Shown: positions 36,972-47,247 of the stretch, one piece after another
How the letters are laid out: each line of letters opens with the position of its first letter
How positions within the stretch are numbered: the first letter of the stretch is position 1
Origin: Myxococcota bacterium
Lineage (GTDB): Bacteria; Myxococcota_A; UBA9160; SZUA-336
DNA: 64,000 nt
NCBI GenBank assembly: GCA_965247115.1
Contig: CBDFGR010000003.1
Coordinates: forward strand, 1,344,001 to 1,408,000
Reading direction: 5' to 3'
Made by a program: the position numbers and the translations under genes
The notes under the pieces: generated by a model
What the model was told of the DNA's origin: nothing
The model's database searches: none
What the model saw: only the letters and a program-made list of their open reading frames with translations

Positions 36972-37987
36972 GGATCGTGCGGATCGACGTCTCGCCGCTC
37001 GAGTACCGACTACGTCGTGGCCTGACGACCGGTGGCGGCTCGCTCGCGACGCGCAGTGGCTTTTCGGTCGCGCTGCGCGATGACGCGGGCGCTGTCGGTG
37101 TGGGGGAGGCGCTCCCACTACCCGCCGCGGGCACCGAGTCGCTCGGCGAGAGCCAGCACGCCCTGCAGCGCGCCGCCGCTGATTGCACCCGGCGCTGGCG
37201 CGGCCGAGACGAGCTGCTCGACTGGCTCGACACGGAGCTGGCACAGGCGCCGGCCGCGCGCTGCGCACTCGATGTCGCGGCGCAAGCGCTCTCCCCTCCC
37301 GATGAGAAGCTGCGCACCGGCCCCGTCGAGGTCAACGCGCTCCTGGGCAGCGATGGGATCGACGCCACCGTGACGGCGGCCCGCGCCGCACGCGGGCGCG
37401 GCTATCGCACGCTCAAGCTGAAGATCGGAGCCGGGCCGGCCGGTGACGACGAGGCCCGACTGGCGGCTGTGCGGGTAGCTCTCGGAGCCGACGTGCGGCT
37501 GCGGGTCGATGCAAACGGCGCCTGGTCGCCCAGCGAGGCCCGGCGGCGGATCGAGCGACTGGTTCCGTTCGCGCTCGAGTTCGTCGAGCAGCCGCTGCCG
37601 GCACTGCAGCTCGACGAGCTCGCAAAGCTCCGCGAGTGGAGTCCGCTGCCGCTCGCCGCCGACGAGTCGCTCGCGAGCGAGGCGGGCCGGGCCGCGCTGC
37701 TCGGCGGCGACCTCGCGGACATCGCGATCCTCAAGCCCATGGTGCTGGGCGGGCCACGCGCCGCGGCCAGGCTCGCCCGGGACGCGCATGCGGCGGGCCT
37801 CCGCTGTGTCGTCACCACGACCTTCGATGGACCGTGTGCTACCGCCGCCACCCTTCGACTCGCCGCGGCGGTGGGCGATCCGGAGCTGGCGCACGGGCTC
37901 GCCGCCTGCGAGGTGCTCGACTGTGAGTTCCCAGAGGGGCTGGTGCCGCGGAACGGTGAGCTCGACCCGAGGAAGATCCCCAGATGA
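36968..37987 (+). CDS. menC: o-succinylbenzoate synthase
   Basis: Enolase fold: KLK, RVDANGAW, EQP, AADES, ILKPM; located in the men cluster. Confidence 0.88.
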   Translation: MRIVRIDVSPLEYRLRRGLTTGGGSLATRSGFSVALRDDAGAVGVGEALPLPAAGTESLGESQHALQRAAADCTRRWRGRDELLDWLDTELAQAPAARCALDVAAQALSPPDEKLRTGPVEVNALLGSDGIDATVTAARAARGRGYRTLKLKIGAGPAGDDEARLAAVRVALGADVRLRVDANGAWSPSEARRRIERLVPFALEFVEQPLPALQLDELAKLREWSPLPLAADESLASEAGRAALLGGDLADIAILKPMVLGGPRAAARLARDAHAAGLRCVVTTTFDGPCATAATLRLAAAVGDPELAHGLAACEVLDCEFPEGLVPRNGELDPRKIPR

Positions 37988-38065
37988 CGAGAGCTCGAGG
38001 GCTCAAGGAGCTGCGACCGCGGCTGACAGACTGGATACAATGCTGGCAACGGAGGAACAGAGACG

Positions 38066-39694
38066 ATGGCGCAAGCTCCACGCGAGAACACGGTGAGAGC
38101 CGGGACAGAGCCCGTAGAGGAACTGGACGCACTGGTGATCGGCGCCGGGGTGACCGGGCTCTATCAGCTCTACTGCCTCCTGCAGCTCGGGCTGAAGGCG
38201 CGGATCTACGAGGCGGGGGACGGGGTAGGCGGCACCTGGTACTGGAATCGCTACCCCGGCGCCCGCTTCGATTCCGAGAGCTGGTCGTACGCGTATTCGT
38301 TCTCGGAGGATCTTCTCCAGGAGTGGGACTGGAAGGAGGCGTTCTCGGGGCAACCCGAGAACGAGCGCTATCTCAACCTCGTCGCGGACAGGTATTCCCT
38401 ACGCCCACATATCCAGCTGGGCACGAGGGTCAAAACGGCAACCTTTGACGAGGCGGCCAACCGCTGGGACGTCGAAACCGAGGACGGCCGCCGGGCCCGG
38501 ACCCAGCATTTGATCGCGGCGGTCGGCATCCTCTCCGCCACGCACATGCCCGACATTCCGGGGATCGAGAGCTTCGAGGGGGAGTCCTTTCACACCTCCC
38601 ACTGGCCCAAGAAACCCGTCGATCTCTCGGGCAAACGGGTGGGGGTGATCGGTACGGGCGCCACGGCGGTCCAGCTCATCCCCGAGGTCGCCGTGGAATG
38701 CGGGCATCTGACCGTCTTCCAGCGCACCCCCAACTACTGCGCGCCGCTGCGAAACTCGCTCATCGACGACGAGAGACAGCGGGAGATCAAGGCGAGCTAT
38801 CCCGAGATCTTCAAGAGGTGTCGCGAAACCTTCGCGGGCTTCATCCACGATGCCGACCCCCGCGCGACCTTGGACGTGACGCCGGAAGAACGAGAGGCGT
38901 TCTACGAAGAGATCTGGGCCCAGCCCGGCTTCGCTAAGTGGTTCGGCAATTTCAAGGACCTGATGACTAACCCCGAGGCGAACGAGCTCTACTGCGAGTT
39001 CGTGCGCAACAAGATTCGGGAGCGCGTGAACGACCCGGAGGTCGCCGAGAAGCTCTGTCCGAAAGACCACCACTTTGGGGCCAAGCGCATCCCCCTCGAG
39101 ACGAACTACTACGAGGCCTACAACCGCGACAACGTACGGCTCGTCGACGTGCGCGAGGCCCCGATCGAGCGCATCTCCCCGACGGGCGTGAAGACGAGGG
39201 ATGCGGAGTACGAGCTCGACGTCATCATCTACGCCACGGGATTTGACGCGGTCACGGGCGGGATCACGCGAATGGACATCCGGGGCGTCGGGGGGCAGAC
39301 GATCCGGGAACGCTGGGTAGAGGGGCCGCAAACCTACATGGGGATCCAGACCGCGGGGTTCCCCAACTTCTTCATCGAGAACGGCGCCGTCTTCTGCAAC
39401 TACACCCGCTGCGCTGAAATTGCCGCTGAGTTCGTGAGCGGGTGCATTGGCCACCTGCGGGACAACGGCTTCGAGCGCATCGAAGCCACCCCGAAGGCGG
39501 AGAAGGACTGGTACGAACACGCCAGTTCACTGCTCGAGAACTTTCTCGAGTCAGAGGTCCACAGCTGGTTCTGGGGCAACAACATCCCCGGCAAGCACCA
39601 AAGCTTCCTCCTCTATGCGGGCGGCAACCCGGCTTTCCGGATGAAGTGTGAGGAAGTGGCGGCCAAGAACTACGAGGGCTTCGAGCTCACGTAG
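38066..39694 (+). CDS. Baeyer-Villiger monooxygenase
   Basis: GAGVTG, GGTWYWNRYPG, FEGESFHTSHWP fingerprint, GTGATA, ATGFDA. Confidence 0.93.
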   Translation: MAQAPRENTVRAGTEPVEELDALVIGAGVTGLYQLYCLLQLGLKARIYEAGDGVGGTWYWNRYPGARFDSESWSYAYSFSEDLLQEWDWKEAFSGQPENERYLNLVADRYSLRPHIQLGTRVKTATFDEAANRWDVETEDGRRARTQHLIAAVGILSATHMPDIPGIESFEGESFHTSHWPKKPVDLSGKRVGVIGTGATAVQLIPEVAVECGHLTVFQRTPNYCAPLRNSLIDDERQREIKASYPEIFKRCRETFAGFIHDADPRATLDVTPEEREAFYEEIWAQPGFAKWFGNFKDLMTNPEANELYCEFVRNKIRERVNDPEVAEKLCPKDHHFGAKRIPLETNYYEAYNRDNVRLVDVREAPIERISPTGVKTRDAEYELDVIIYATGFDAVTGGITRMDIRGVGGQTIRERWVEGPQTYMGIQTAGFPNFFIENGAVFCNYTRCAEIAAEFVSGCIGHLRDNGFERIEATPKAEKDWYEHASSLLENFLESEVHSWFWGNNIPGKHQSFLLYAGGNPAFRMKCEEVAAKNYEGFELT

Positions 39695-39741
39695 GGGCGC
39701 GGTGCGGGACGGTCAGTCGCGAGCTCAGGCCGCGCTGCGCA

Positions 39742-40926
39742 CTAGACCTGAACCAAAGGGTCGCGGCGAACGATGATGAGAGCCGCACCGACCACTAGCA
39801 GCAACGGGATCGGAAGCAGAACGAGTGTGTGCCAGCCGTAGTAGTACATCACAGGTCCTGCGAGCAACGACGCGGCGGCCGACGTACCAAATACGCCAAA
39901 TTCATTGACAGCCTGCGCCTTGAATCTCTCGGCTATCGAATAGGTGAGCGTGAGCATCGCCGTACCGCCGATGTAGAGAAAATTCCAGCCGACGCCGAGT
40001 AGCGCCAGTGCCAACCAGTAGTGCGTGATCGACTGTCCCTGAGCTCCAATCAGAGCCGCAGCCAGTAGCCCGATGGCCCCCGCCGACATCATCTTGACCA
40101 TACCGATCCGCTCTATGAGCAGTCCCGACACCAGCGACGGAACGTACATGCCAAGGACATGGGCCCGCATGACATTGGCTGTTGCCTCGAGAGAATAGCC
40201 GTCATTGATGTGCATGCTGAGCGGCATGCCCGTCATGATCAGCATCATCATTCCATGAGCGACGGTCCCGCCGAGTACCGCAACGATGAAGACGGGTTGC
40301 CTAACAACCTGACCCAGTGGTCTTTGGGATTGCGTTCTCCCGCCGTCTTCCTCACCACGCAGAGGACCGAGCAAAAGAAGGAGCAGCGACTGGATCACGT
40401 ACAAAACGGCCACTGCGACCAGCGAGCCTGTATAGGGGACACTGCCAGTCAAGAACTGGTTTTGTTTCAGAAGCTCGGCGCCGACAAAGGCCCCACCGAT
40501 CGAGCCGATCAGTACGATGGAAATCGCGCGTCCGGCATGGCTCTGTGCGACGCTCTCAGCTGCTGCGAAGCGGTACTGCTGCGCGAACGCCATGTTGATG
40601 CCGAAGATCGCGGCCGCAACGATCAACAGGAGGAAGCTCGACACCGAAATTGCGTAGGCGGTCAACGAGGCCGATACGGCCGCCGACAAGGAGGCGAGCG
40701 CATAACCGAGCTTGCGTCCGATCGCGCGCATCAGGAATGTCGCCGGTATGGTTGTGGCCGCGAGGCTGAGGACCATCACCGGTACAGGTAGTGTGGCCAG
40801 CGCCTGATTGTCGGTCAGTTCGGATCCGATGATCCCACCGAGCGTCACGAGCACGAGTGCGCCGGCCGCCGAGATCAGCTGACATGCCACCAGAATGGAC
40901 AGATTGCGTATGGCTACAGGTGGCAC
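39742..40926 (-). CDS. MFS transporter
   Basis: About 12 TM helices, QQYRFAAAE, HVLGMYVPS, LGVGWNF. Confidence 0.88.
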   Translation of the reverse strand: MPPVAIRNLSILVACQLISAAGALVLVTLGGIIGSELTDNQALATLPVPVMVLSLAATTIPATFLMRAIGRKLGYALASLSAAVSASLTAYAISVSSFLLLIVAAAIFGINMAFAQQYRFAAAESVAQSHAGRAISIVLIGSIGGAFVGAELLKQNQFLTGSVPYTGSLVAVAVLYVIQSLLLLLLGPLRGEEDGGRTQSQRPLGQVVRQPVFIVAVLGGTVAHGMMMLIMTGMPLSMHINDGYSLEATANVMRAHVLGMYVPSLVSGLLIERIGMVKMMSAGAIGLLAAALIGAQGQSITHYWLALALLGVGWNFLYIGGTAMLTLTYSIAERFKAQAVNEFGVFGTSAAASLLAGPVMYYYGWHTLVLLPIPLLLVVGAALIIVRRDPLVQV

Positions 40927-41070
40927 ATCCTCACACGTATCCCTCGCAGGTGACTGAATCGCTCCTCCTGAGGATTTGGTGCAGGCTACTCGCGATCAGG
41001 AGCCCCGACAAGCTGCTGCCACCAACCTGCAGCGGTCCTGCCAGAGCCGAGGTGGGATAGAATGGCCGGC

Positions 41071-41508
41071 ATGACACGCAAGCGCGCGGTGCTCGACCAG
41101 CTCAACATCGTGGTCCGCGACATGGCCGCGGCGGTGGACTTCTATCGCCTGCTCGGGATCGAGATCCCGGAGACGCTGCAAGAGTGGCAGGCCCACCACC
41201 GGACAGCCGAGATGACAGGCGGGGTCGACCTCGAACTCGACAGCACGGCGTTCACCCCGCAGTGGGACGCAGGCTGGCCGTCCTCGCAGCCGGGTGTCGT
41301 GGTGGGCTTTCGAGTGGCCACACGCGAGGACGTCGACGAGCTGTACGAGGAGCTCACGAGCGCTGGCCACGTCGGACAGCAGGTCCCCTACGATACGTTC
41401 TGGGGCGCGCGCTACGCGATCGTCGAGGACCCGAGCGGGAATGCGGTCGGGCTGATGAGCCCCGTCGATCCCGCCCGACGCTCTCGACCTGCCCCACCGC
41501 CTTCCTAG
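41071..41508 (+). CDS. VOC/glyoxalase family protein
   Basis: IVVRDM.AAVDFY, PYDTFWGARYAIVEDPSGN. Confidence 0.88.
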   Translation: MTRKRAVLDQLNIVVRDMAAAVDFYRLLGIEIPETLQEWQAHHRTAEMTGGVDLELDSTAFTPQWDAGWPSSQPGVVVGFRVATREDVDELYEELTSAGHVGQQVPYDTFWGARYAIVEDPSGNAVGLMSPVDPARRSRPAPPPS

Positions 41509-41520
41509 CCCGACTGTCGC

Positions 41521-42648
41521 TTACAAGCCCTCATAGAGCGCCTTGCCGAGGCTCGCGCCGCGCGGGTCGCCCACGATGTTGTTGTCCATCTGGTTCATCA
41601 CGTAGGAGAAGCACAGGTGGGCGTCCGTATCGACGACGATGGTGGAGCCGCCAGCACCACCCCACCACAAGGTGTTCGCGTTCGGGCTCACCGGAATGGT
41701 CTCGCTCGGAAACGCGTAACCCATGCCGTAGCGAACAGGTAGCCCGAGCACCGCGTCCATTCCGTCGGTCTGCGGCTCCAGCGCTCTGCGGCAACCCGCA
41801 CTCGACAGGAGCTCCACCCCGAAGGCGCGGCCCCCGTTGGCCAGCGCCGTCTGCGCGCGCACGACGGAGCGCGCGTTGCCATGCCCGTTCGCCGCGGGGA
41901 TCTCCGCCTTGCGCCAGCCGTCGGTCCGTGTCGTGCCCGGAGTGACGTCCAGGTTGGCGAAGACCCGGCCAGGGATGGACTCCGGGTCCATCTGGAAGAG
42001 GGGCGACTTCTCCACGGCGGGGACGAGATCTGCGATGCGATGGAAGTGCTTGGGATTCACGCCGACGTGGAAATCCGCGCCGACCTTCTCGGCCACTTCT
42101 TCGCGGAAGAACGTGCCGAAGGACTTGCCCGAAACTCGCCGAACCACCTCGCCAACGAGGTACCCCTGCGTGATCGCGTGATAGCCGCTCTGGGTGCCTG
42201 GCTTCCACCAGGGCGCCTGGCTCGCAAGATCGGCGCAGGCGAGGTCCCAGTCGTACAGCTCGTCGGGCTCAAACGGGCGGCTGAACCCCGGTAGACCGGC
42301 GGAGTGGCTAAGCAGGTGCTTCACCCGCACGTCTTCCTTGCCGTTGGCCGCAAACTCGGGCCAGTACCTCGCAACGGGGGCGTCGAGATCCAGAAGCCCG
42401 CGATCGGCGAGCATCAGTGCAGAGAGGAAGGTCATCGTCTTGGTCGTGGAGTACACGTTGATGATCGTGTCTTCCTGCCAGGGCCGGGTGCGCTCCGCAT
42501 CCTGAAACCCGCCCCAGATATCGACGACGGACTCACCCTCCAGGGTGGCCGCAAAACACGCCCCTACGTCGCCGCGATCGGTGAAGTTTCTCTCGAACGC
42601 GTCCTGCACTTTCCGAAAACGCTGGTCGCAATGCCCTTCGATCTGCAT
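41521..42648 (-). CDS. Beta-lactamase-family serine hydrolase (class C-like esterase)
   Basis: STTK, LLSHSAGL, GYHA, WGGAGGS. Confidence 0.9.
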   Translation of the reverse strand: MQIEGHCDQRFRKVQDAFERNFTDRGDVGACFAATLEGESVVDIWGGFQDAERTRPWQEDTIINVYSTTKTMTFLSALMLADRGLLDLDAPVARYWPEFAANGKEDVRVKHLLSHSAGLPGFSRPFEPDELYDWDLACADLASQAPWWKPGTQSGYHAITQGYLVGEVVRRVSGKSFGTFFREEVAEKVGADFHVGVNPKHFHRIADLVPAVEKSPLFQMDPESIPGRVFANLDVTPGTTRTDGWRKAEIPAANGHGNARSVVRAQTALANGGRAFGVELLSSAGCRRALEPQTDGMDAVLGLPVRYGMGYAFPSETIPVSPNANTLWWGGAGGSTIVVDTDAHLCFSYVMNQMDNNIVGDPRGASLGKALYEGL

Positions 42649-42736
42649 GGTCCAGACTACGCAGTTGTTCGGACAAATTTCAAGCGGTGGACCACTATAA
42701 TCGCTGCTATACGGTTCACTCGAACTGGAGCCGCCG

Positions 42737-44173
42737 ATGAAGTCCTCAGAGATCCACGCCAAGCTCTCTCATCCCATCATCGACTCCGATGCGCACTGGC
42801 TCGACTTCGGGCCGATGCTCCAGCAGCGGATCGAGAAGATCGCCGGCCATGAGGTGGCCGAGCTCTTCAGGGGCTTCGAGAATCTGATCGGTAAGCCGCT
42901 CCAGATGAGCCCCGAGGAGCGGCGCCACAAGCGCGTGGCGCACCCGGGCTTCTGGCAGGTGCCCATGGCCAATACTCGCGATCGGGCAACGGCCATGATG
43001 CCGCGGTTGCTCTACGAGCGAATGGACGAGCTCGGCCTCGACTACTGCGTGATGTATCCAACCACGGGAATCGACCCGGGCGACGACGAGCTTGAACGTC
43101 GGGCGCTGCGCGCGTTCAACATCTTCTGCGCGGAGTACTTCGCCGAGTGCGCGGACCGCATGACCCCGGTCGCGATCATCCCCATGAAGACTCCCGACGA
43201 TGCGATCGAGGAGCTCGAGTACGTAACGAGCCAGCTCGGGATGAAGGCGGCCTTGATGCAAGCCATGATCCCGCGCGAGGTCCCCTCCGCGGCCGAGGGC
43301 GACGAGGGCGCGGCGAAGCTCGGTAGATGGTACGACGTGCTGGGACTCGACAGCGCCCACGACTACGATCCGGTCTGGGCCAAGTGCGTGGAGCTGGGGA
43401 TCTCCCCGACCTTCCACGCATCGGGTCGCGGATACGTCCTGCGGCGCTCGCCGTCGAACTTTACCTACAACCACATCGGTCACTTCGCCTCGACCGCAGA
43501 GGCGATCTGCAAGGCGCTCTTTCTCGGCGGTGTGAGCCGCCGCTTTCCGACGCTCAAGGTCGCGTTCCTGGAGGGCGGTGTGAGCTGGGCGTGTCAGCTC
43601 TACGCGGATCTGATCGGGCACTGGGGGATCCGGAACCGCGAGGCGCTCGAGCAGGTGAACCCCGCGAACCTCGACCACGAGGGGCTAATCGAGCTGGCCC
43701 AGAAATACGGTCCCCCCGACATGGCCGCACTTCTGAAGGACCGCTCGGCGGCCCTGTACGCGGCGACGAATCCCGACGTATCGACGGCCACCGGAGGCGA
43801 GGAGAATCTGGACGACTTCGCCGCCTGCCAGATCAAGACCGCCGAAGACATTCGGGAGCTCTTCAGCAACTTCTACTTCGGCTGTGAGGCGGACGACCGG
43901 ATGAACGCACTGGCGTTCAACGATCGAGTGAACCCTCTGGGCGCGAAGCTGCACGCGCTGTTCAGCTCCGATATCGGGCACTTCGACGTGGTCCACATGA
44001 ACGAGGTCCTGGCCGAAGCCTACGAGCTCGTCGAGGATGGTGTGATGAGCTCGGAGGACTTCCGCGACTTCACCTACACCAATCCCGTGCACTTCTGGGC
44101 TGACGCGAATCCCGATTTCTTCAAGGGGACAGCCATCGAGACGCAGGTCGCCGAGCTGCTGGGGGCCAAGTGA
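42737..44173 (+). CDS. Amidohydrolase_2 family protein
   Basis: IIDSDAH, YDPVW, FPTLKVAFLEGG, SSDIGHFD. Confidence 0.88.
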   Translation: MKSSEIHAKLSHPIIDSDAHWLDFGPMLQQRIEKIAGHEVAELFRGFENLIGKPLQMSPEERRHKRVAHPGFWQVPMANTRDRATAMMPRLLYERMDELGLDYCVMYPTTGIDPGDDELERRALRAFNIFCAEYFAECADRMTPVAIIPMKTPDDAIEELEYVTSQLGMKAALMQAMIPREVPSAAEGDEGAAKLGRWYDVLGLDSAHDYDPVWAKCVELGISPTFHASGRGYVLRRSPSNFTYNHIGHFASTAEAICKALFLGGVSRRFPTLKVAFLEGGVSWACQLYADLIGHWGIRNREALEQVNPANLDHEGLIELAQKYGPPDMAALLKDRSAALYAATNPDVSTATGGEENLDDFAACQIKTAEDIRELFSNFYFGCEADDRMNALAFNDRVNPLGAKLHALFSSDIGHFDVVHMNEVLAEAYELVEDGVMSSEDFRDFTYTNPVHFWADANPDFFKGTAIETQVAELLGAK

Positions 44174-44232
44174 AGCTCGAGAAGCTCCTGGTTGCGAACC
44201 GCGGTGAGATCGCGACCCGGGTGATGCGCTAG
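44170..44232 (+). pseudogene. Biotin carboxylase N-terminal stub (20 aa)
   Basis: MKLEKLLVANRGEIATRVMR* carries the ANRGEIA signature; GTGA overlap with the upstream gene; ends at the stop of the convergent gene. Confidence 0.8.
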
Positions 44233-45206
44233 TACCCACCCTGTTCGTGGGTCTCGAAGAAGCGGCGCGGATTGTCGACGAGCATGGTGTCGATCTGCGC
44301 CTCGCTGACTCCGGCCTTCGAGAGGGCGGGGATCACGTCTTGACTGATGTGAAGGTAGTGCCAGTTGGGAACCGCCCCGAGGGCGTTCTCGCCGGCGATC
44401 CAGTCGAGATAACAAGAGGCATCGTGGCTGAGGACCAGCTTGTCGGCGTGATCCCGGCGGCAGAGCTCGGCGACGACCTCGACTCGGGCCTCGGTGGACA
44501 GGATGCCATCGAGTCCGAAACGGTCCATGCCGAGGTAGCTTCCGGCGGCGATCAGCTCCTCGAGATAGTCGAGGTCCTCGGTATCGCCGCAGTGGCCGAT
44601 GACGACACGAGAGAGGTCGACGCCTTCCTCTCTGAAGATGCGCTGCTGATCCAGGCCTCGCTTGGACGCGGCGCTCGTGTGCGTGGTGATCGGACAACCC
44701 GTCTGCCGGTGAGCCTGCGCGCACGCGCGAAGGGTCCGCTCGACGTCTGGCGTCACGCCCGGCTCATCGGTGGCGCATTTGATCACGCCCGCCTTGATGC
44801 CCGTGTTCCCCATGCCTTTGGTGATGTCGCGCACGAAATGGATCGTCATGGCGTCGAGCTCGTCGCCGCGCGGCTCACGCATGCGGTAGTACATGGGGAG
44901 CTCGTTGAACGTGTAGAGGCCCGTGGCAACGATGATGTTGAGGTCGACCTGTTCGGCGATGCGCGCGATTCGCGGGATGTAGCGGCCGAGACCGATCGCC
45001 GTCGGGTCGCAGATACTGTCGATCCCGGCGTCCTTGAGCTCGCTGAGCCGCCGGATGGCGTCGGTGACGCGCTCGTCCTCGTCTCCCCACTCCTCCGGGT
45101 AGTTCTGCTGGATCTCGGTCGAGATGACGAACACGTGCTCGTGCATCAGGACCCGACCGAGGTCTGCGGTATCCATCGGTCCTCGAGCGGTCTCGACCCT
45201 GGCCAT
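44229..45206 (-). CDS. Phosphotriesterase-related protein
   Basis: MHEH, ATGLY, AGVIKCA, ITTHT, IGHCGD, LSHD, DNPRRFF. Confidence 0.92.
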   Translation of the reverse strand: MARVETARGPMDTADLGRVLMHEHVFVISTEIQQNYPEEWGDEDERVTDAIRRLSELKDAGIDSICDPTAIGLGRYIPRIARIAEQVDLNIIVATGLYTFNELPMYYRMREPRGDELDAMTIHFVRDITKGMGNTGIKAGVIKCATDEPGVTPDVERTLRACAQAHRQTGCPITTHTSAASKRGLDQQRIFREEGVDLSRVVIGHCGDTEDLDYLEELIAAGSYLGMDRFGLDGILSTEARVEVVAELCRRDHADKLVLSHDASCYLDWIAGENALGAVPNWHYLHISQDVIPALSKAGVSEAQIDTMLVDNPRRFFETHEQGGY

Positions 45207-45267
45207 GGCGTCTTCCGCCTGTCAGGAAACGAGGATCATACCCTGCGGGAGACGCGCCAGGGAGAAG

Positions 45268-45771
45268 TCAGTACCGCGCGTAGACCGAAGTCCTTCCCTC
45301 GGAATCGAACGCCAGAACCGCGTAGGGGTCCTTTCGACCGCTCGGAACCTCCATACCCGGGGAACCGACCGGCATGCCGGGAACGGAGAGCCCGGCGATC
45401 TCCGGCCGCTCCTCGAGAAGCCGAACGATCTCCCTGGCGTGAACGTGACCTTCGACGACGTAACCCTCGATCTCTGCCGTGTGGCAGCCGGCGAGCTCTC
45501 GCCCGACGCCGTGCCGGGCCTTGAGTGCGCTCAGCTCAGCATCGCCGAGGTCCTTCGTCATGACTGAGAACCCGTTCTCTCGCAGGTGACCCACCCACTC
45601 CTCGCAGCAGCCTCAGGTGGGGGTCTTGTAGACCGCGATGTTCCGAACGGCACGACGCGTCCCCGTGTCGCCCCCTGGCGCCTGCTGACTCTGGTACGCA
45701 ACGAGTCTGACCGCGCCACCGATCACGAGAAGGGCACCTACGATCGCAAGTCCGGTCACGCTCGACTTCAT
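45268..45771 (-). CDS. DUF411 (CopG-like) metal-binding periplasmic protein with in-frame TGA; candidate selenoprotein
   Basis: ATG 45771, signal peptide, IAVYKTPT(TGA)GCCEEWVGHLRENGF...GCHTA...EGHV...GLSVPGMPVGSPGME; TGA at 45615-45613 replaces the first Cys of CGCC. Confidence 0.8.
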
Positions 45772-45799
45772 GCTCAAGATCCCAGCTCCGCTGCGGCTG

Positions 45800-46267
45800 C
45801 TAGCTGGTCCGCAGCTCGACCTGCCCGTCCTCCGCGGTCCATCCCTTGTCGAGCGCCACGAAGTGGAACAGATGGATGTTGCGAGACTGGAATTTCCAGT
45901 CTTGGCCGACCTTCACGTACTCATCCCGGTAGTACCCGGCGGCGGTCATCGGCACGCCGTCCTGAACAGCCCGAACCTCTACTGCACAGGTGCCCCGCGC
46001 GTGAGTCGTGTCCACGATCTCGATCAGATGGTTCTGGATGAAGGGCATCAGAGTTATCCCCGAGGTTCCTCCGAACATCTTCTCGATCGCCTTCTTTCCG
46101 TGAGCCGGCGCCCCAGCGTTGCCGAGGAATGACCCGTCGTCGGCAAACAATGTGGGCACCTTCTCGCGCTCGTTGGTCATGACGTAAAAGCAGTACCACG
46201 CCGTCAACTCGCGGATCTTCTCGCGATCGAACAGCTCCTGCGTCATCTGCTCAGTGGTCATTGCCAT
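45800..46267 (-). CDS. SnoaL/NTF2-like protein
   Basis: DREKIRELTAWY, LFADDG, GYYRDEYVK...WKFQSR. Confidence 0.85.
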   Translation of the reverse strand: MAMTTEQMTQELFDREKIRELTAWYCFYVMTNEREKVPTLFADDGSFLGNAGAPAHGKKAIEKMFGGTSGITLMPFIQNHLIEIVDTTHARGTCAVEVRAVQDGVPMTAAGYYRDEYVKVGQDWKFQSRNIHLFHFVALDKGWTAEDGQVELRTS

Positions 46268-46327
46268 CGCATCCTCCTTCCGGTTGCCATCTTCGTTCTC
46301 CCGCGCTCGCGGAACTCGCCCCCGCGA

Positions 46328-47200
46328 TCAGTTGGAGATCGCGCCGGGCGAATTCGAATCGACCAGGGCCCGACTCCGCGCCGACCACGCGAACCCGTGC
46401 CGGATGCGTCCTAAGCGCCGCTCGACCCAATCCTGCATGCGGGGGTCGATGAACAGATAGAACTGATCCTCTTGGATCCCCTCGAGTACCAGCCGGCCAA
46501 CGATAGCCGGGTCCAGCCCCGTGCTCAGCAGGCTGTCGAGGTTCCCAGCGGTACCCACCGCAACGGAGCGGGCGGAGCCGCGACCGTAGTCGGAAGGCCG
46601 GTGGTTTGCCGCGTTGGCGATGTTCGTAGCCACGGCGCCAGGGCAGAGGACCGAGCAACCGATGTTGGTTCCCTTGAGCTCGCTGTACAGTACCTCGCTG
46701 AGCGACACCGCCGCGTACTTGGTCGAGTTGTAGGGGCCCCAGCCCGCACCGCTGTTCACCAGTCCCGCCATCGAAGACGTGGTGACGATGTGTCCACCCT
46801 CGCCATGGGACTTGATTCTTGGCAGAAAGGCGCGAATGCCGTAGATGACACCGAGCTGGTTCACTGCGATCACCCAGTCCCAGTCGTTCTGGGACAGATC
46901 GTCGAAGGTGCTGCCGGCAACCACGCCTGCGTTATTGCACAGCACATGGATCTTGCCAAAAACGTCGGCCGTGGCCTCGGCCGCCTCGAAAACGGACTTC
47001 TCCTTGCTGACGTCACAGACGATGCTGGAGACTCCGGCCCCCAGCTCCTTCAGCTCGGCCTCCGCTTGCTCGAGTGACTCGGCGTCGATGTCTGCCAGCA
47101 TGACCCGCATGCCCGCACCGGCAAAGGCCCGGGCCATACCCAGGCCCATCCCGCTGGCGCCCCCGGTGATGAAGGCGGTCTTCCCTGCCACGTCCTGCAT
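46328..47200 (-). CDS. SDR oxidoreductase
   Basis: TGGASGMG, NNAG, YNSTK. Confidence 0.92.
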   Translation of the reverse strand: MQDVAGKTAFITGGASGMGLGMARAFAGAGMRVMLADIDAESLEQAEAELKELGAGVSSIVCDVSKEKSVFEAAEATADVFGKIHVLCNNAGVVAGSTFDDLSQNDWDWVIAVNQLGVIYGIRAFLPRIKSHGEGGHIVTTSSMAGLVNSGAGWGPYNSTKYAAVSLSEVLYSELKGTNIGCSVLCPGAVATNIANAANHRPSDYGRGSARSVAVGTAGNLDSLLSTGLDPAIVGRLVLEGIQEDQFYLFIDPRMQDWVERRLGRIRHGFAWSARSRALVDSNSPGAISN

Positions 47201-47247
47201 GCTGTGTTCTCCTCCTGCTATCCGGGAGCCGATTGTAGACGCAGACA

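Noticed and set aside
37984..38065. Possible menE stub after menC (MTRARGLKELRPRLTDWIQ...)
   Set aside because: An ATGA overlap exists, but there is no convincing acyl-CoA ligase similarity
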